Below, in pieces: positions 23,645-34,877 of a stretch of DNA of 39,985 nt (the first letter of the stretch is position 1; every line of letters starts with the position of its first letter). Below the pieces are notes generated by a model that saw nothing but the letters and a program-made list of their open reading frames with translations, searched no databases and was not told the DNA's origin. This DNA comes from Nemertoderma westbladi. Lineage: Eukaryota; Animalia; Xenacoelomorpha. A program made the position numbers and the translations under genes. Location of the stretch: the NCBI GenBank assembly GCA_032718475.1, contig JAUCBJ010008044.1, forward strand, positions 1 to 39,985, in the 5' to 3' direction.

Positions 23645-24292
23645 TTGACGGAATTGGTTAAGAATTTATCCGAGGCTGTCAATGTAAACGCATCGGAAAC
23701 GTCAAATATTAGAAATAATAGCTGTGTACAGCCTTCTGCGGTACCGGTACCTACCCGTAACGATGGAGGGTCAACTGCGAATCATGACGTAGACTCTCCG
23801 TGGACCACGCGAGTGCGAAGAGGAGGTCACGTGCGCGACGTACCTGCTGGTAATTTGCAATTTACATCACGTCCTGCCTACCGCCAGCCACCCACTGAGC
23901 CGGAGATCCGTGGTGGAAGCAGGCAAGGGGGCAGGCAGCGGCGCCCAGTAGTTGTGGGAAGTGGCACAGTAGTAGATGGCGAGGGGTTTTCTATCGGCAC
24001 CGTGTCAACGAGAATCCAGCGAGCATTTGCTACTCGTTTCCCACCCGATCTGGACCCAAAATGCCTTGAGCGTTTTCTCCTTAAGAAGCTGAATTTAACG
24101 GAAGGATTAACAGTCGAGATGCTGAAGACTCGTTACGATACGTATAGTTCGGTCAAGGTTGAGTTGCTGAGTTCGGAGCCTCAGGTTCTCATGAATCCTG
24201 AGATCTGGCCGAGCGGAGCTCTGGTTAAGGAGTTCGTCGGAGGAAACCGACGTCGCCCCGCTGCTGTAGATCCTGAAGTTCTCAAGGTCTGA
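23645..24292 (+). CDS. LINE ORF1 (C-terminal RRM-like region; N-terminus apparently disrupted)
   Basis: VVVGSG...FATRFPP...LKTRYDTYSSVKV...MNPEIWPSGALVKEF is typical of invertebrate CR1/RTE-X ORF1 C-termini. The frame opens at TTG, not ATG. Confidence 0.75.
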   Translation: MTELVKNLSEAVNVNASETSNIRNNSCVQPSAVPVPTRNDGGSTANHDVDSPWTTRVRRGGHVRDVPAGNLQFTSRPAYRQPPTEPEIRGGSRQGGRQRRPVVVGSGTVVDGEGFSIGTVSTRIQRAFATRFPPDLDPKCLERFLLKKLNLTEGLTVEMLKTRYDTYSSVKVELLSSEPQVLMNPEIWPSGALVKEFVGGNRRRPAAVDPEVLKV

Positions 24293-24347
24293 AACTGAAA
24301 GTCTCGGTGATAAGCCTATAAGTTGAGTTTTTGAAGGTTTTTTTAGT

Positions 24348-27218
24348 ATGGAAGTCACCTCATTCAATTGTAATGGATTGTTTGATAGTAGGAATCGGGG
24401 CTACCTTAAACCAACTGTAGTTGATCTATTTGATCGTTATGATATTGTGTGTCTACAGGAGACTTGGTTTAGCAAACAGGACTTATCTCGATTAAATACT
24501 TTGCATCCTGGGCTGCACGGGACTGGGGTTGCAGTTACAGATTACGGTAGTGGTGTTCATCATGGGAGGAACAAAGGCGGAGTAGCGATTTTTTGGAAAT
24601 CACAGTACGATAATTACATACAACCTTTATCATTCGATTACGATTGGCTATGTGCAATAGAAATCAATATTGATAATCATAAATTTGTTTTCATAAATGT
24701 GTATCTGCCATTTGAACACCGCGATAATGAGGCGGATTTTTTGTTTAAGTTGGGTACAATACATAATCTTATTGATGAATTGGGAACTAGCACGACTTTT
24801 ATTATAGGAGATTTTAACTCTGATATATCTGATGATAAATCATTGTTTGGTAAACACCTTATTGAGTTTTGTAGTGACACGGACTTAATTTTGTCGAGTA
24901 AGCAGTTTATTAACTCAGGATTTACATATGTTGATAGTTACTGGGGCTCAGTATCGTGGCTTGACCACTGCCTGTGCACAGCTGATGCTCACAGTGCTAT
25001 TACACGCCTAAACATTTTGTATGATGATTCACGTGGTGTGGATCATATTCCGTTTGACCTTGGTTTAAATGTATCTGCGGTGCCTTCTGTAAATTTTTTT
25101 AACAGTGATGACTCTGTATGCAGCACCGGATGTAAATTTAATTGGAGTAGAGCTAATAAAAAAGATATAGATAATTTTTGTGAGCAAACGGCGCTTAAAT
25201 TAGATAAGCTCTCCTCGTGTACTGGCGATTATATTCTATGTAAAGACATTAACTGTACAGATAGTGATCATATATCTAATTTAGAAAATTTTTATGAATC
25301 GGTTATTTCTGCCTTACATGAATCCGAACACACTAATGGTTCTAGAACAAATAGTAAAAATATCATTCCTGGGTGGAATGATCTGATTAGGCAACATTAT
25401 GATGCATCTCGCGATACATTCTCTCTGTGGCGTGAGGCGGGACGACCCCGATCTGGCCCAATTTTCGATCTGAAAAGGCGAGCGGACTTGCGTTTTAAAT
25501 ACGCTGTCCGTGCAGCCAAAAATAACGAAAACAAAATTCGTTGCGAAATGTTAGCTAAAAAACTGTCTGGTAAAAATACTCGTGACTTTTGGAAAGAAAT
25601 TAAAAAAATTAACAATTGTAATACTCCATTACCAACTTCGATTGATGGTACTACAGGTACTGCAGAGATTGCTGAGATGTGGCGTAAACATTATTATGAT
25701 CTTTTTAATTGTTTAAAGCGCACAACCAATAATTTACACTGTTCCGATAATATTAATTACGAAGATATGTGTGTTAGTGCTGAGGAGGTTCGTAGTAATA
25801 TTGAGTCTTTATCAAATAATAAATCTTGTGGTTTAGACGGCATATTTGCAGAACATTTAAAGTACAGTAGCAGTATACTATATGAAATTTTAGCAACTTT
25901 ATTTACGAGTTTCTTTGTTCATGGTTATCTTCCTAATAACTTAATATCTGTTATATTGGTGCCGATAATTAAAGATAAAACAGCTAAAATTAACAGTAAA
26001 GATAATTACAGACCGATAGCGTTAGCAAGCATCATTTCAAAGGTAATGGAAAAAATAATACTGCATAGGATAGAACCTAATCTAAAAACAACGCATAATC
26101 AATTTGGTTTTAAAAGTAAATTAGGTACCGATATGTGCATATTTTCCCTGAAAGAAATGATATACAAATACAGACAGTTACAATCTACTATGTTTGTCAC
26201 TTTCTTGGACGCCTCTAAGGCATTTGATAGAATAAACCATGATGTGCTTTTTGGTACTCTAATTAAACGGGGGGTTCCCCAATATATAGTGCGATTAATA
26301 ATTTTCTGGTATGTTCATCAAACATTCTGTGTTAGGTGGGGCCCAAATGTTTCAGCTTCTTTCACCGTTTCTAACGGAGTAAGACAGGGTGGAATACTGA
26401 GCCCTTTCCTATTTAACATTTATATGAATATATTATCTACTAAATTAAATAGCTGCAATATAGGGTGTCTTATGTATCATACATTATGCAATAATATTTT
26501 GTATGCTGATGATTTAGTTTTATTGTCTCCGTCTGTAAAAGGTATGCAAAAACTGCTGAAATTGTGCTCTGAGTTTGGAGACGAATATGATGTAATTTTC
26601 AACGCAACAAAAAGTGCTACTTTATATATTCGATCAAAATCTCAAATATCGTGGAATTTTCCTTCATTTAAAATAGGCAATATTACTCTTCCAATCAAAA
26701 AAGAATATAAATATTTAGGACATTATATTACCAATACACTATCTGATGATAGAGATATTTTACGACAACGTAGGAAACTATATATGCAGGCAAATAGTTT
26801 GAAACGCAGATTTTTTATGTGTTCAAATGATATTAAGCAACGTTTATTTCAATCCTATTGTACGCCGATGTATACAGCTCACTTATGGTGCAATTATACT
26901 AAAACTGTATATAATAAATTTACAACATCATATAATAATACATTTCGAATTCTTATGGGATATCCCAAAAATTGTAGTGCCTCAGAAATGTTTTTATTTA
27001 ATCGTTTGCCTAGTTGTGCTGCTGTGATTCGTAATCTCATTTATAATTTCATTGTTAGGATCGATAAATCATTTAATACTATTATCTCCAGCTGTTCTAC
27101 ATCTGATTGTATATATTTTTCCCCATTGCGACGGTTTTGGATGACTGAATTACATATTAATTTTAAATTGCCGAAGCTGTTATATATTAATTCCGTAAAT
27201 ATTAATTCTGGTAAATAA
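24348..27218 (+). CDS. LINE ORF2: AP endonuclease + reverse transcriptase (956 aa)
   Basis: APE motifs: SFNCNG, CLQETW, GGVAIFW, NVYLP, GDFNS, WLDH, VDHIP. RT motifs: NYRPIA, QFGFK, FLDASKAFD, GVRQGGILSP, YADD, YKYLG. No stops. Confidence 0.95.
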   Translation: MEVTSFNCNGLFDSRNRGYLKPTVVDLFDRYDIVCLQETWFSKQDLSRLNTLHPGLHGTGVAVTDYGSGVHHGRNKGGVAIFWKSQYDNYIQPLSFDYDWLCAIEINIDNHKFVFINVYLPFEHRDNEADFLFKLGTIHNLIDELGTSTTFIIGDFNSDISDDKSLFGKHLIEFCSDTDLILSSKQFINSGFTYVDSYWGSVSWLDHCLCTADAHSAITRLNILYDDSRGVDHIPFDLGLNVSAVPSVNFFNSDDSVCSTGCKFNWSRANKKDIDNFCEQTALKLDKLSSCTGDYILCKDINCTDSDHISNLENFYESVISALHESEHTNGSRTNSKNIIPGWNDLIRQHYDASRDTFSLWREAGRPRSGPIFDLKRRADLRFKYAVRAAKNNENKIRCEMLAKKLSGKNTRDFWKEIKKINNCNTPLPTSIDGTTGTAEIAEMWRKHYYDLFNCLKRTTNNLHCSDNINYEDMCVSAEEVRSNIESLSNNKSCGLDGIFAEHLKYSSSILYEILATLFTSFFVHGYLPNNLISVILVPIIKDKTAKINSKDNYRPIALASIISKVMEKIILHRIEPNLKTTHNQFGFKSKLGTDMCIFSLKEMIYKYRQLQSTMFVTFLDASKAFDRINHDVLFGTLIKRGVPQYIVRLIIFWYVHQTFCVRWGPNVSASFTVSNGVRQGGILSPFLFNIYMNILSTKLNSCNIGCLMYHTLCNNILYADDLVLLSPSVKGMQKLLKLCSEFGDEYDVIFNATKSATLYIRSKSQISWNFPSFKIGNITLPIKKEYKYLGHYITNTLSDDRDILRQRRKLYMQANSLKRRFFMCSNDIKQRLFQSYCTPMYTAHLWCNYTKTVYNKFTTSYNNTFRILMGYPKNCSASEMFLFNRLPSCAAVIRNLIYNFIVRIDKSFNTIISSCSTSDCIYFSPLRRFWMTELHINFKLPKLLYINSVNINSGK

Positions 27219-27389
27219 CGCTTATATTTATTGGTTGTTTGGTGATGGTGGTGTAGTAATGTTATGGTGCAAAGTGGACTTCGTGTTCAGAATATACACA
27301 ATATATATATTAAATCTCCTGATTAATGTTCCTAATGGGCTGATGGGAGGGATGTCTCGTGGAGTGGGGGGTCGCGGCGGAACTCACGA

Positions 27390-27675
27390 TAAGGGAAGTC
27401 CAGGGAAGTATAACGGAATATTGTTGGTCGCAAGCAGGAAAGGAACCGCCAGGGACTTTCTTGTGCGGAATTCCCTTGGAAAACTCTGGCCACTGTTGAA
27501 TACAAATGACGGCAGTGCTTCCATACTTAAACAGAGAGCCGTCATCTGCACTGCATCGTGGTAGCGCGGCGATCCACTGATCTCGTTCGGCATCGACAGG
27601 AGGAAGTTTCACTACACGAACGGGATTTCCTGCGTAATTGCCGTCGCAGCCAAATACGCAATAATAATTAGGCAT
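27390..27675 (-). pseudogene. Decayed THAP zinc-finger domain (5' end of the P transposase)
   Basis: MPNYYCVFGCDGNY...VVKLP..DAERDQWIAALP...VICIQQWP shows CxxxC, conserved P and W, and the third Cys. The expected His is Gln (CAG). It appears frameshifted before a PLYFPGLP/PTIF-like box. No catalytic domain follows. Confidence 0.75.
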
Positions 27676-28211
27676 AATAATAATAAATAACTTGTTCTGT
27701 TGGTAGTTTAGCCTAATGTTGTAATACGGCACCTTAAATACCTACCTATAGCAGTATAGTAATTGATTTAATTACTACCAAATGGTACCACCTAGGCCTA
27801 CCTGTACCGGAACGGTCGCGGTACCGTACCGGTAGCATCATACGAGTACGGGCTACCACTGTACCAGGGTAGGGCCATACAGCCATACAGCCGTCCAGTT
27901 GAATGTACTGTAACTAGACTATCTGACTTTCTAACTGTACTATTCCCATATACCACAGGTAGCGGTAGGACTATAATACAGCTACAGAGCTATAACTAGG
28001 CCTATTCATTCTACGGTAGTACAGTAGTAGGCTATTCAGGTAGTACAGCTTACAGCAGTATGAAATTAATGGACTTCGCTAGCGAAGTCGGATCAGGCAG
28101 TGTGCCAGTCCTGTAGTATAGTAGTCCTTGGTTTTTACCTAAAATAAGAACCGCCCTACTGCTCCTTTCAGTTATTGGATAGGCTAATTCTGTAATTAGC
28201 AGATAAACATC

Positions 28212-28804
28212 GGATACATGACCGAACGTAATCAGGATCGAATGTAACATAGTTATTATGTATCGAACGTAACCGCAATTATGTTACATTGGATCCTATA
28301 ACTATGTTACATTCGCTCTACAAATTACTAAGCTCGAATGTAACATTGCCATTTACAGATTTAAAGGAGCAGGTTACAGAGGCGTGTAGGGGGAACCAAA
28401 ACAATAAACTAAAGTTAACACATGTTACAAGATCTTGCAGGTTACTTTTATTTAAAGGCTGAAAGGACCAGGTTACAGAGGCATGTTGGGGGAACCAAAA
28501 CAATAAACGAAAGTTAACACATTTTACAAGATGATACAGGTTACTTAATTGGGTCTTGGGTCATTGTTTTGTACTCAACCACCACCAACACCAAACTGTT
28601 TCTTCCTGTAATTATACGAAGCATTTCATCGGTTATCTCCTGAAATCAAAACACAACTGAAATAAATGTATGTTACATTCGAGCTAAGTAATTTGTAGAT
28701 CAAATGTAACATAGTTATAGGATCCAATGTAACATAATTGAGGTTACGTTCGATTCGTAAAAACTATGTTACATTCGATCCTGTTTACGTTCGGTCTGTC
28801 ACCC
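28212..28804. mobile_element. Mutator-like MITE with ~130-bp TIRs
   Basis: Inverted repeats 28220-28345 and 28670-28796 carry repeated ATGTTACAT/ATGTAACAT motifs. Termini GG...CC. 9-bp direct repeat ATAAACATC at 28203-28211 and 28805-28813. Confidence 0.8.
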
Positions 28805-29901
28805 ATAAACATCGCCTGTGGTCCCAAAACCAACACTAAAAGTTGGTATTGCAGTGGGGTAAAAAATAAACTTACTGTCAATCAAGTTACACAACAAAAG
28901 AGAGATTGTGGACGTTCTAAGTTAGGAAAACAACAATGAATAAAAATTATCAGCAGGATATTTAACTTAGTTATTGCTCAGAATCAGCAAGCCTAAATCT
29001 GTAAATGTACTCATACAAAATCATACAGACATATGGAAAACACTGCATACCAGAAATTGATCAGCATGAAAACAAGGATAGTGCTGAGCATTGAGTTGTA
29101 TGCTGATTAAATTACTATTCCTCAGTTGGCAACCGAGAAAAGCCACAACGCCAGCTTTCTTTCGATTTCTTTCTTTAAAATGACAGGCAGTCCGAGTCCC
29201 AGTCTGCCAGTAGCAGTAGTAACCAAAATAATAAACGAGCATGATTTGGTGAATTGTGTGTTTAAACTGGTAACTTTCTGGATGTGTAGGGGTATTTGGT
29301 AAATTATAACATAAACATTCCCGTATGTCACCCATTCCGACGATTGTCTTAATCCCCAATCTATGAAAGTTCGCTAACCGAACCCGGAACCACGAACCAA
29401 TCTCAACTAACCCGCGCACAGCGGACTAACTCATTAAGAGTTCGAGGTGGTAATGTAAGCTGTTTCTATTCGATTATATTACAGGATTATTCGATGAATT
29501 TAAGTGCTGATGTCAGTACGTGGCGTCGGGGGTGATAGGCTGATAGGCCTATTTGCTTATCGCCTATCTGCCTAGGCCTATACTGCTATATGTTTGTATA
29601 TCGGAATTCGATATATTCGGTCTTCTCAGGGACTGCTGGTAGCAACGCTCTACCGGCACCGGCCACCTTAATATGCGAAACATCCTCGGTATACCAACCC
29701 AACTATTGGCGAAATGGCGACAGTTTACTTACGGCTGTACGGTAAGTTTAGACGTTTACGTAACATGCAACCGTACATAAAATCAGATACGCTAGTTGCC
29801 AGTCAGCCAGCACTTTACGTCGAGTTGACCTATGGACACGATCATCCGAATACTCTGTACATGTGTTTTAAATTAATCGCTAACACTGTAATACAGTACG
29901 G

Positions 29902-31346
29902 CAGTTAGGTACAATGGCCAAATCTGGCAATGATTGTGATTGCCATATTTGGCAACCAAGCAAAATCTGGCAACATTTCTGATTGCCTGATTTGGCAACT
30001 ATATAAAGCTGTAAAGCCGTTGTTGCCATATTTGGCAACTTAACTAACTCATTGAATATGGATTATATGGTTCTGCGTCATTAAGTCCTTCTATGGCAGT
30101 ATGGTCATTCATTCCTTAGATCCTGAAATGTTAATGTTAGGCCTAGAAAAAAGGCAAAGGGGTAGGGCCAGGTTACAGGTTATACTTATACCAGTAGTGG
30201 CATATTCTAAGTTCTAACCAATACAGCAATATATCCTAATAAATGAGGTGAGAATGAGAGTCAATAACACAAACACAGACTGACTGGTGATAGTTTTTTT
30301 GCTTTTTTTGACATTTGTGCTAGTAATCTCTGGCGCTGCTTGGGGAGGTGGTTGATTGTTGTTTGTACCAATAATAGTTTAGTAGTTAAAGATTGTAACT
30401 GTGTAATGATGCTGATACAATTGCCCAGCAATCTAAATCATCCTTCACTCTATATCAGTTCAGTATATCTATCTTTCCATTCCTACATCAGTACATACAG
30501 ACATATAATGAAAATAATTTCATCCCGTTTTTCATTGGCTGATTAGGGCCTACTAGAAACAATTTGTTGAATCCCTTACAGCCTTAACCTGTTAACACGC
30601 GTTTTGGTTTTCTCAGTCTTTCTAACATCTAAATTTTGACACTATTTTTCTTCCGTCACCCCGTTTCTCAAACTTTAATGCCCCCTTGCCCTCTTGCTGC
30701 CTTTTGGTGATGTTAACGTTCTGACGTTGTCAAATATTATTACGTTTATTTCCATTTCAGCCTTTGAGTTTGAAGCATGTGATTCTTTAGATTTGTTTAT
30801 GCCTATACCTATACCATAGGGCCTATACCAGTCTACCAGTACGGTATCTGTTACTGTTACAGACTCATCCATCTGTCCATTAACATATTAACAACATATC
30901 AAATACTGAAATAGGCCTACATTCTGACATTTCATCAACTAATAATGTTTATAAATCATCACAACTCGACAAGGGTAAGCAAGCAGTAAGCAATTTTGAA
31001 GTAATTTACAATGACAGGGTTACTGCGACAGGGCTGCACAATAATAATTGTTGCCAAAAATGGCAACCATTATTTTTCTTTAATTCTAATGGTTGCCAAA
31101 AATGGCAATAATTATTTTAGGCACATTTTGGCCTATTGCTAAGAGAAATTCAGACGATGATTTTTTTTCTTATACGGTCAATTATATTTAAATTTCGCGC
31201 TCTTTTCACTTAACTATTTACCAAAATGCGATTTTGCTTCTGGGCGTGCGAAAATTAGAAAAACCAAAAGTTGCCAGATTTGGCAATAAACATTGCCATA
31301 TGTGGCAACTTTTGAGGTTGCCAGATTTGGCCATTGTACCTAACTG
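29902..31346. mobile_element. Non-autonomous DNA transposon with perfect 29-bp TIRs and 5-bp TSD
   Basis: CAGTTAGGTACAATGGCCAAATCTGGCAA and its exact reverse complement at 31318-31346. TSD TACGG (29897-29901, 31347-31351). Seven or more subterminal TTGCC-N6-GGCAA motifs. Confidence 0.9.
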
Positions 31347-32789
31347 TACGGTAATAGTGTTGTGATGCTATAATGGAAATGATCTACTGTACTTACTGAC
31401 AGGGACAGCCTGTCTTCAGGCATAGTTCCTGAGTTCTGACTCCAACTAAACGAAAGACTAAGCTATACTGTCACACCTAAGCCTATTGAGTATTGAGCTC
31501 CAGTATGCATTTGCCGTATCCCTATGTCAGTACCCAGCAAAGTCATAGCATGATAAGTCGCTGATAAATTGCTACTAATTTCGCCGGCTAATACCCTGCT
31601 AATTTCGCCGGATAAAAGCCGGCTTTTTGGTTCCAATGTTCTTAAAGGTTTCGAAGGGTGGATTTCGAAGAGAAATATCCATCGTTTAGTAGACTATTAG
31701 CCTTCGATTAGTAGTTTACGAAGCATATTCGAAGGATAATTCGAAGACAAAAATGCTTCGTTTAGTAGACTATTCGCCTGCGATTAGAAGTTTATTTAGC
31801 ATTTTTCGAAGGATGATTTCGAAGATAAAAATGCTTCGTTTAGTAGACTATTAGCCTTCAATTAGAAGTTTACGAAGCATTTTCGAAGGATAATTTCATA
31901 CATTATTAGAAGCATTTTCGAAGCATAAAAAATACTATTTTTCGAAGAAAAAAAATGTAACTGAAACAATCACTGGACCTGCCTGTGGATGGTTTGGTGA
32001 AGAGGGAGGGGGTATTAGCCTATACCTACTGTAGTAGCCTACCGTATCCTACCCTACACCCTACTTCCCTATCCTACAATACGTTATATACTTATTAATG
32101 GAAGCGGCTGAGTATATAGAGAAATATATAATCAATATATATTTGAGGGTATCTATGGAAACTTTAGGTGATAATCGAAAAATTTGAATTTGTTAGTTTA
32201 AATTTAAATAATTTCCCATATTGTCAGCCATATTAGATTTTTCGTGTTGATGGATCTATTAAAATTAATTAAATTTAGATGCATTTAATTAATAATTATG
32301 CTTCTATGATTATGGAAATATACATTATTTGCCTGATAAATTATCTTCGTTTTCGAAGACAATTAGCAGCTATATTATAAAGAATTGATAATATTTTACA
32401 TAGGAATGGACCATTATATCAATAATACACAATGTTTGTTATACCAAAATACAATATAAATTCAAGCACTATCTACATTTCCCTTCCCCACTGACAAGTC
32501 AAGTGGCCATCTATAGGTTTCTATGTCCTCCTCAATTTATCGATTATACTCAATATTATTGAGTGTATTGTTGTCCTTAAAGTTACCCACTCATCTACAC
32601 ATATGTTTTAAGTCAAAGTCAAGCTAACATTAAAGCCTAGAACATCGCCGTAACCGTCACAAAAGTCGACACCCCCCCCCCCCCCCCCCTGTCACAAAAT
32701 GTCACGCAAGCTCGACCCCCCCCCCCCCCACCCCCTAGTGCGTGACATACTTTATAGAACATCATTCCCTAGTTACGTTTTTACATCAT

Positions 32790-33212
32790 GTTCTAGAACA
32801 TGGTTTATTTATTAAATATAAAAATAGCCTTGCGCCGTGAAAAAACATTCAACATTCGAAAGCCCATATCTCAGCAACTGTATTTTCTAAATTTAAATTT
32901 TTTACATATTTGGAATCGTTGCATGGTCAGCTTTCCATCAGAACCAACAAATTAATATAAGGTTGAATAACTGAGATGGGACTGGTGATGATATCGCCGC
33001 CGGTGACACTTTTTTCAAACGCTTGTTGCTAAAGAATAAAAAGCAAAAATACAAATTCTGTCTCATTTACTACGGATGAGGGAGGTGAAACTACTGTAAC
33101 TCTGTTTCATATCATGCTATTCATTAAAATTTGTATAAAAGTTAGGGAAGGGGGGGGGGGGGGGGGTGGGGGGGGGGTATCATGTTTTTGAATTACGACA
33201 CTAAATTACAAC
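32790..33212. mobile_element. Diverged arm of the long-TIR family seen at 11055-11463
   Basis: Collinear motifs: gttctagaa..tatttattaaata, atatttggaatc, gacactttttt.aaacgctt, (G)n, gacacta.attac. Confidence 0.65.
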
Positions 33213-33263
33213 ATTAAATTTAAAAGCATTCAATAATTATTTAATTCATTTTCTTAATCAAAG

Positions 33264-33320
33264 AGACCTTGGTGTAGTGGTTGCATTGAATTCACATCTC
33301 TTGGAGGTCGTGGGTTCAGT
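33264..33320 (+). mobile_element. SINE head fragment (tRNA-like)
   Basis: ttggtgtagtggtt...ttgaatt.acatctc..ggaggtcgtgggttcag is shared with 9736-9787. Confidence 0.65.
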
Positions 33321-34877
33321 GTTCAGTCTGAGATCTGACAGTGTGCTGCAGTATATGTATTCCAACGAAAAAATACGGTACGGATCAGCAGGTACGGAAC
33401 TTCCAACTGCGCTGCGATATGTTGTACTGTTAGTTACATGTGCTGATGTTCGACGTGCTGATTGTACAGGCTGACCGGGGTGCATGATAGCAAGAAAATA
33501 TCTGAATATTAAAATGTTAAATACTGTATTAAAACTTGTATATTAAAAAAAAGATTAAAAATAATTATTAATTAAGAATAAATTTTATACAGTATAGAGC
33601 AGTAGAGTAAATAGTTTCTTTATCGTTATACTGTAGTATAAAAGGTATATTTTTTAAAACTTTCAGTTTCGGATATAGTACACGTATTAATACTGAAAAA
33701 ATATGTGCTTTGTTTGTCCCCAGGATTTCCCTGACTGCCTGAAAGACATACTGTAGTCAGATACTGTAGTCTCGTTTTTACAGGTGTCTGACATTCTGAC
33801 AGTAACATACTGTAGGGCAGTATGGACATCGCCTTTACCTCTAGCTCTGCCATACACTCAGACCTGCAGACTCTGGATACATGGATTACCGCACCTTTAA
33901 CTGTTTAAGGACAGACACAGCATCACACAGTAATTAATGGATTTATTTCATAAAACAATATGAATGGCACTGGACATAATATAGATCAATTTTCTTTGCT
34001 TCAGATTATATATTATAATATAATCGACAATTCTAAAGAACTGATAACTTTGTACTAATTTACTGCTAAATATGGTCCCCAGATAAAAAAATATTCGGAT
34101 TATTAGTAGGCATAACTACAGTATATAATTATTATTTTACTCTCAGAATTTGCCGGATAAAACATAACATACAGTAACTATGCATAACTAAGCTAAATGA
34201 TCCAACCTTCGAAAAGTCTACAAATTTATCCTTCGTTTAGAAGGTAATTTATCCTTCGAATATAAGGTAATTTATCCTTCGAATAGTAGCATAAATTATC
34301 ATTCTAAACGCAGGATAAAAACTATAAATTCATCCACCCTTCGAAAAGTCTACAAATTTAGCCTTCATTTAGAAGGATAATTTATCCTTCGAATAGCAGC
34401 ATAAATTATCCTTCTAAACGAAGGATAAAAATTATCAATTCACCCACCCTTCGAAAAGTCTACAAATTTATCCTTCGTTTAGAAGGATAATTTATCCGGC
34501 GAATAGTAGGCATAATTATCCTTCTATTTGCCGGCTAAAAACTAGCTAAATCTTCAGAATCTTCGAATAGTCTTCGAATTTATCCTTCGTTTAGAAGGAT
34601 AATTTATCCTACGAATTGTAGACTGAATTATCAGACAATTTAGACGGCGAAAATGCTGATAATTTCGAAGAAAATTTATTTCGATCAAATTAGCAGCATA
34701 TTAGTAGCAATTTCGAAGGATGTGACTTTGCTGGGTATGTACATACTGACATTCGCGTATGTAATGGATTCCTATGAAGAATAATCCGGGTTTGGCTTTT
34801 TGCCGTATGTGTACGTAGATGAAATTGTTCCCGTAGCCTACCGTAGGCTACCGTGCGTAATGTGGGACGTATTTCTG

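Larger units (their letters stand above)
23200..27310 (+). mobile_element. RTE-X-like LINE, near full length
   Basis: ORF1 C-terminal part, a 55-bp spacer, an intact ORF2, and a short 3' UTR ending tggacttcgtgttcagaatata...(AT)n. The 5' boundary is approximate. Confidence 0.75.
22320..28130 (-). mobile_element. P-element-superfamily transposon relic (non-autonomous) containing a nested LINE
   Basis: 63-bp TIRs (22320-22382 and 28068-28130; 4 mismatches) start CAAGG. Exact 8-bp TSD GTTTTTAC (22312-22319, 28131-28138). A THAP remnant lies near the right end. Confidence 0.9.
31533..34735. mobile_element. CMC-EnSpm-like non-autonomous element (CCC...GGG ends, 2-bp TSD)
   Basis: TIR CCCAGCAAAGTCA / TGACTTTGCTGGG flanked by TA...TA. 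Dense subterminal TTCGAA/CTTCGAAG repeat arrays at ~31640-31950 and ~34205-34720. Confidence 0.8.

Noticed and set aside
29903-31345. Polinton/Maverick-type element (AG...CT ends, 6-bp TSD)
   Set aside because: With AG/CT ends the flanks (TACGGC vs GTACGG) do not match; the element is short and non-coding.
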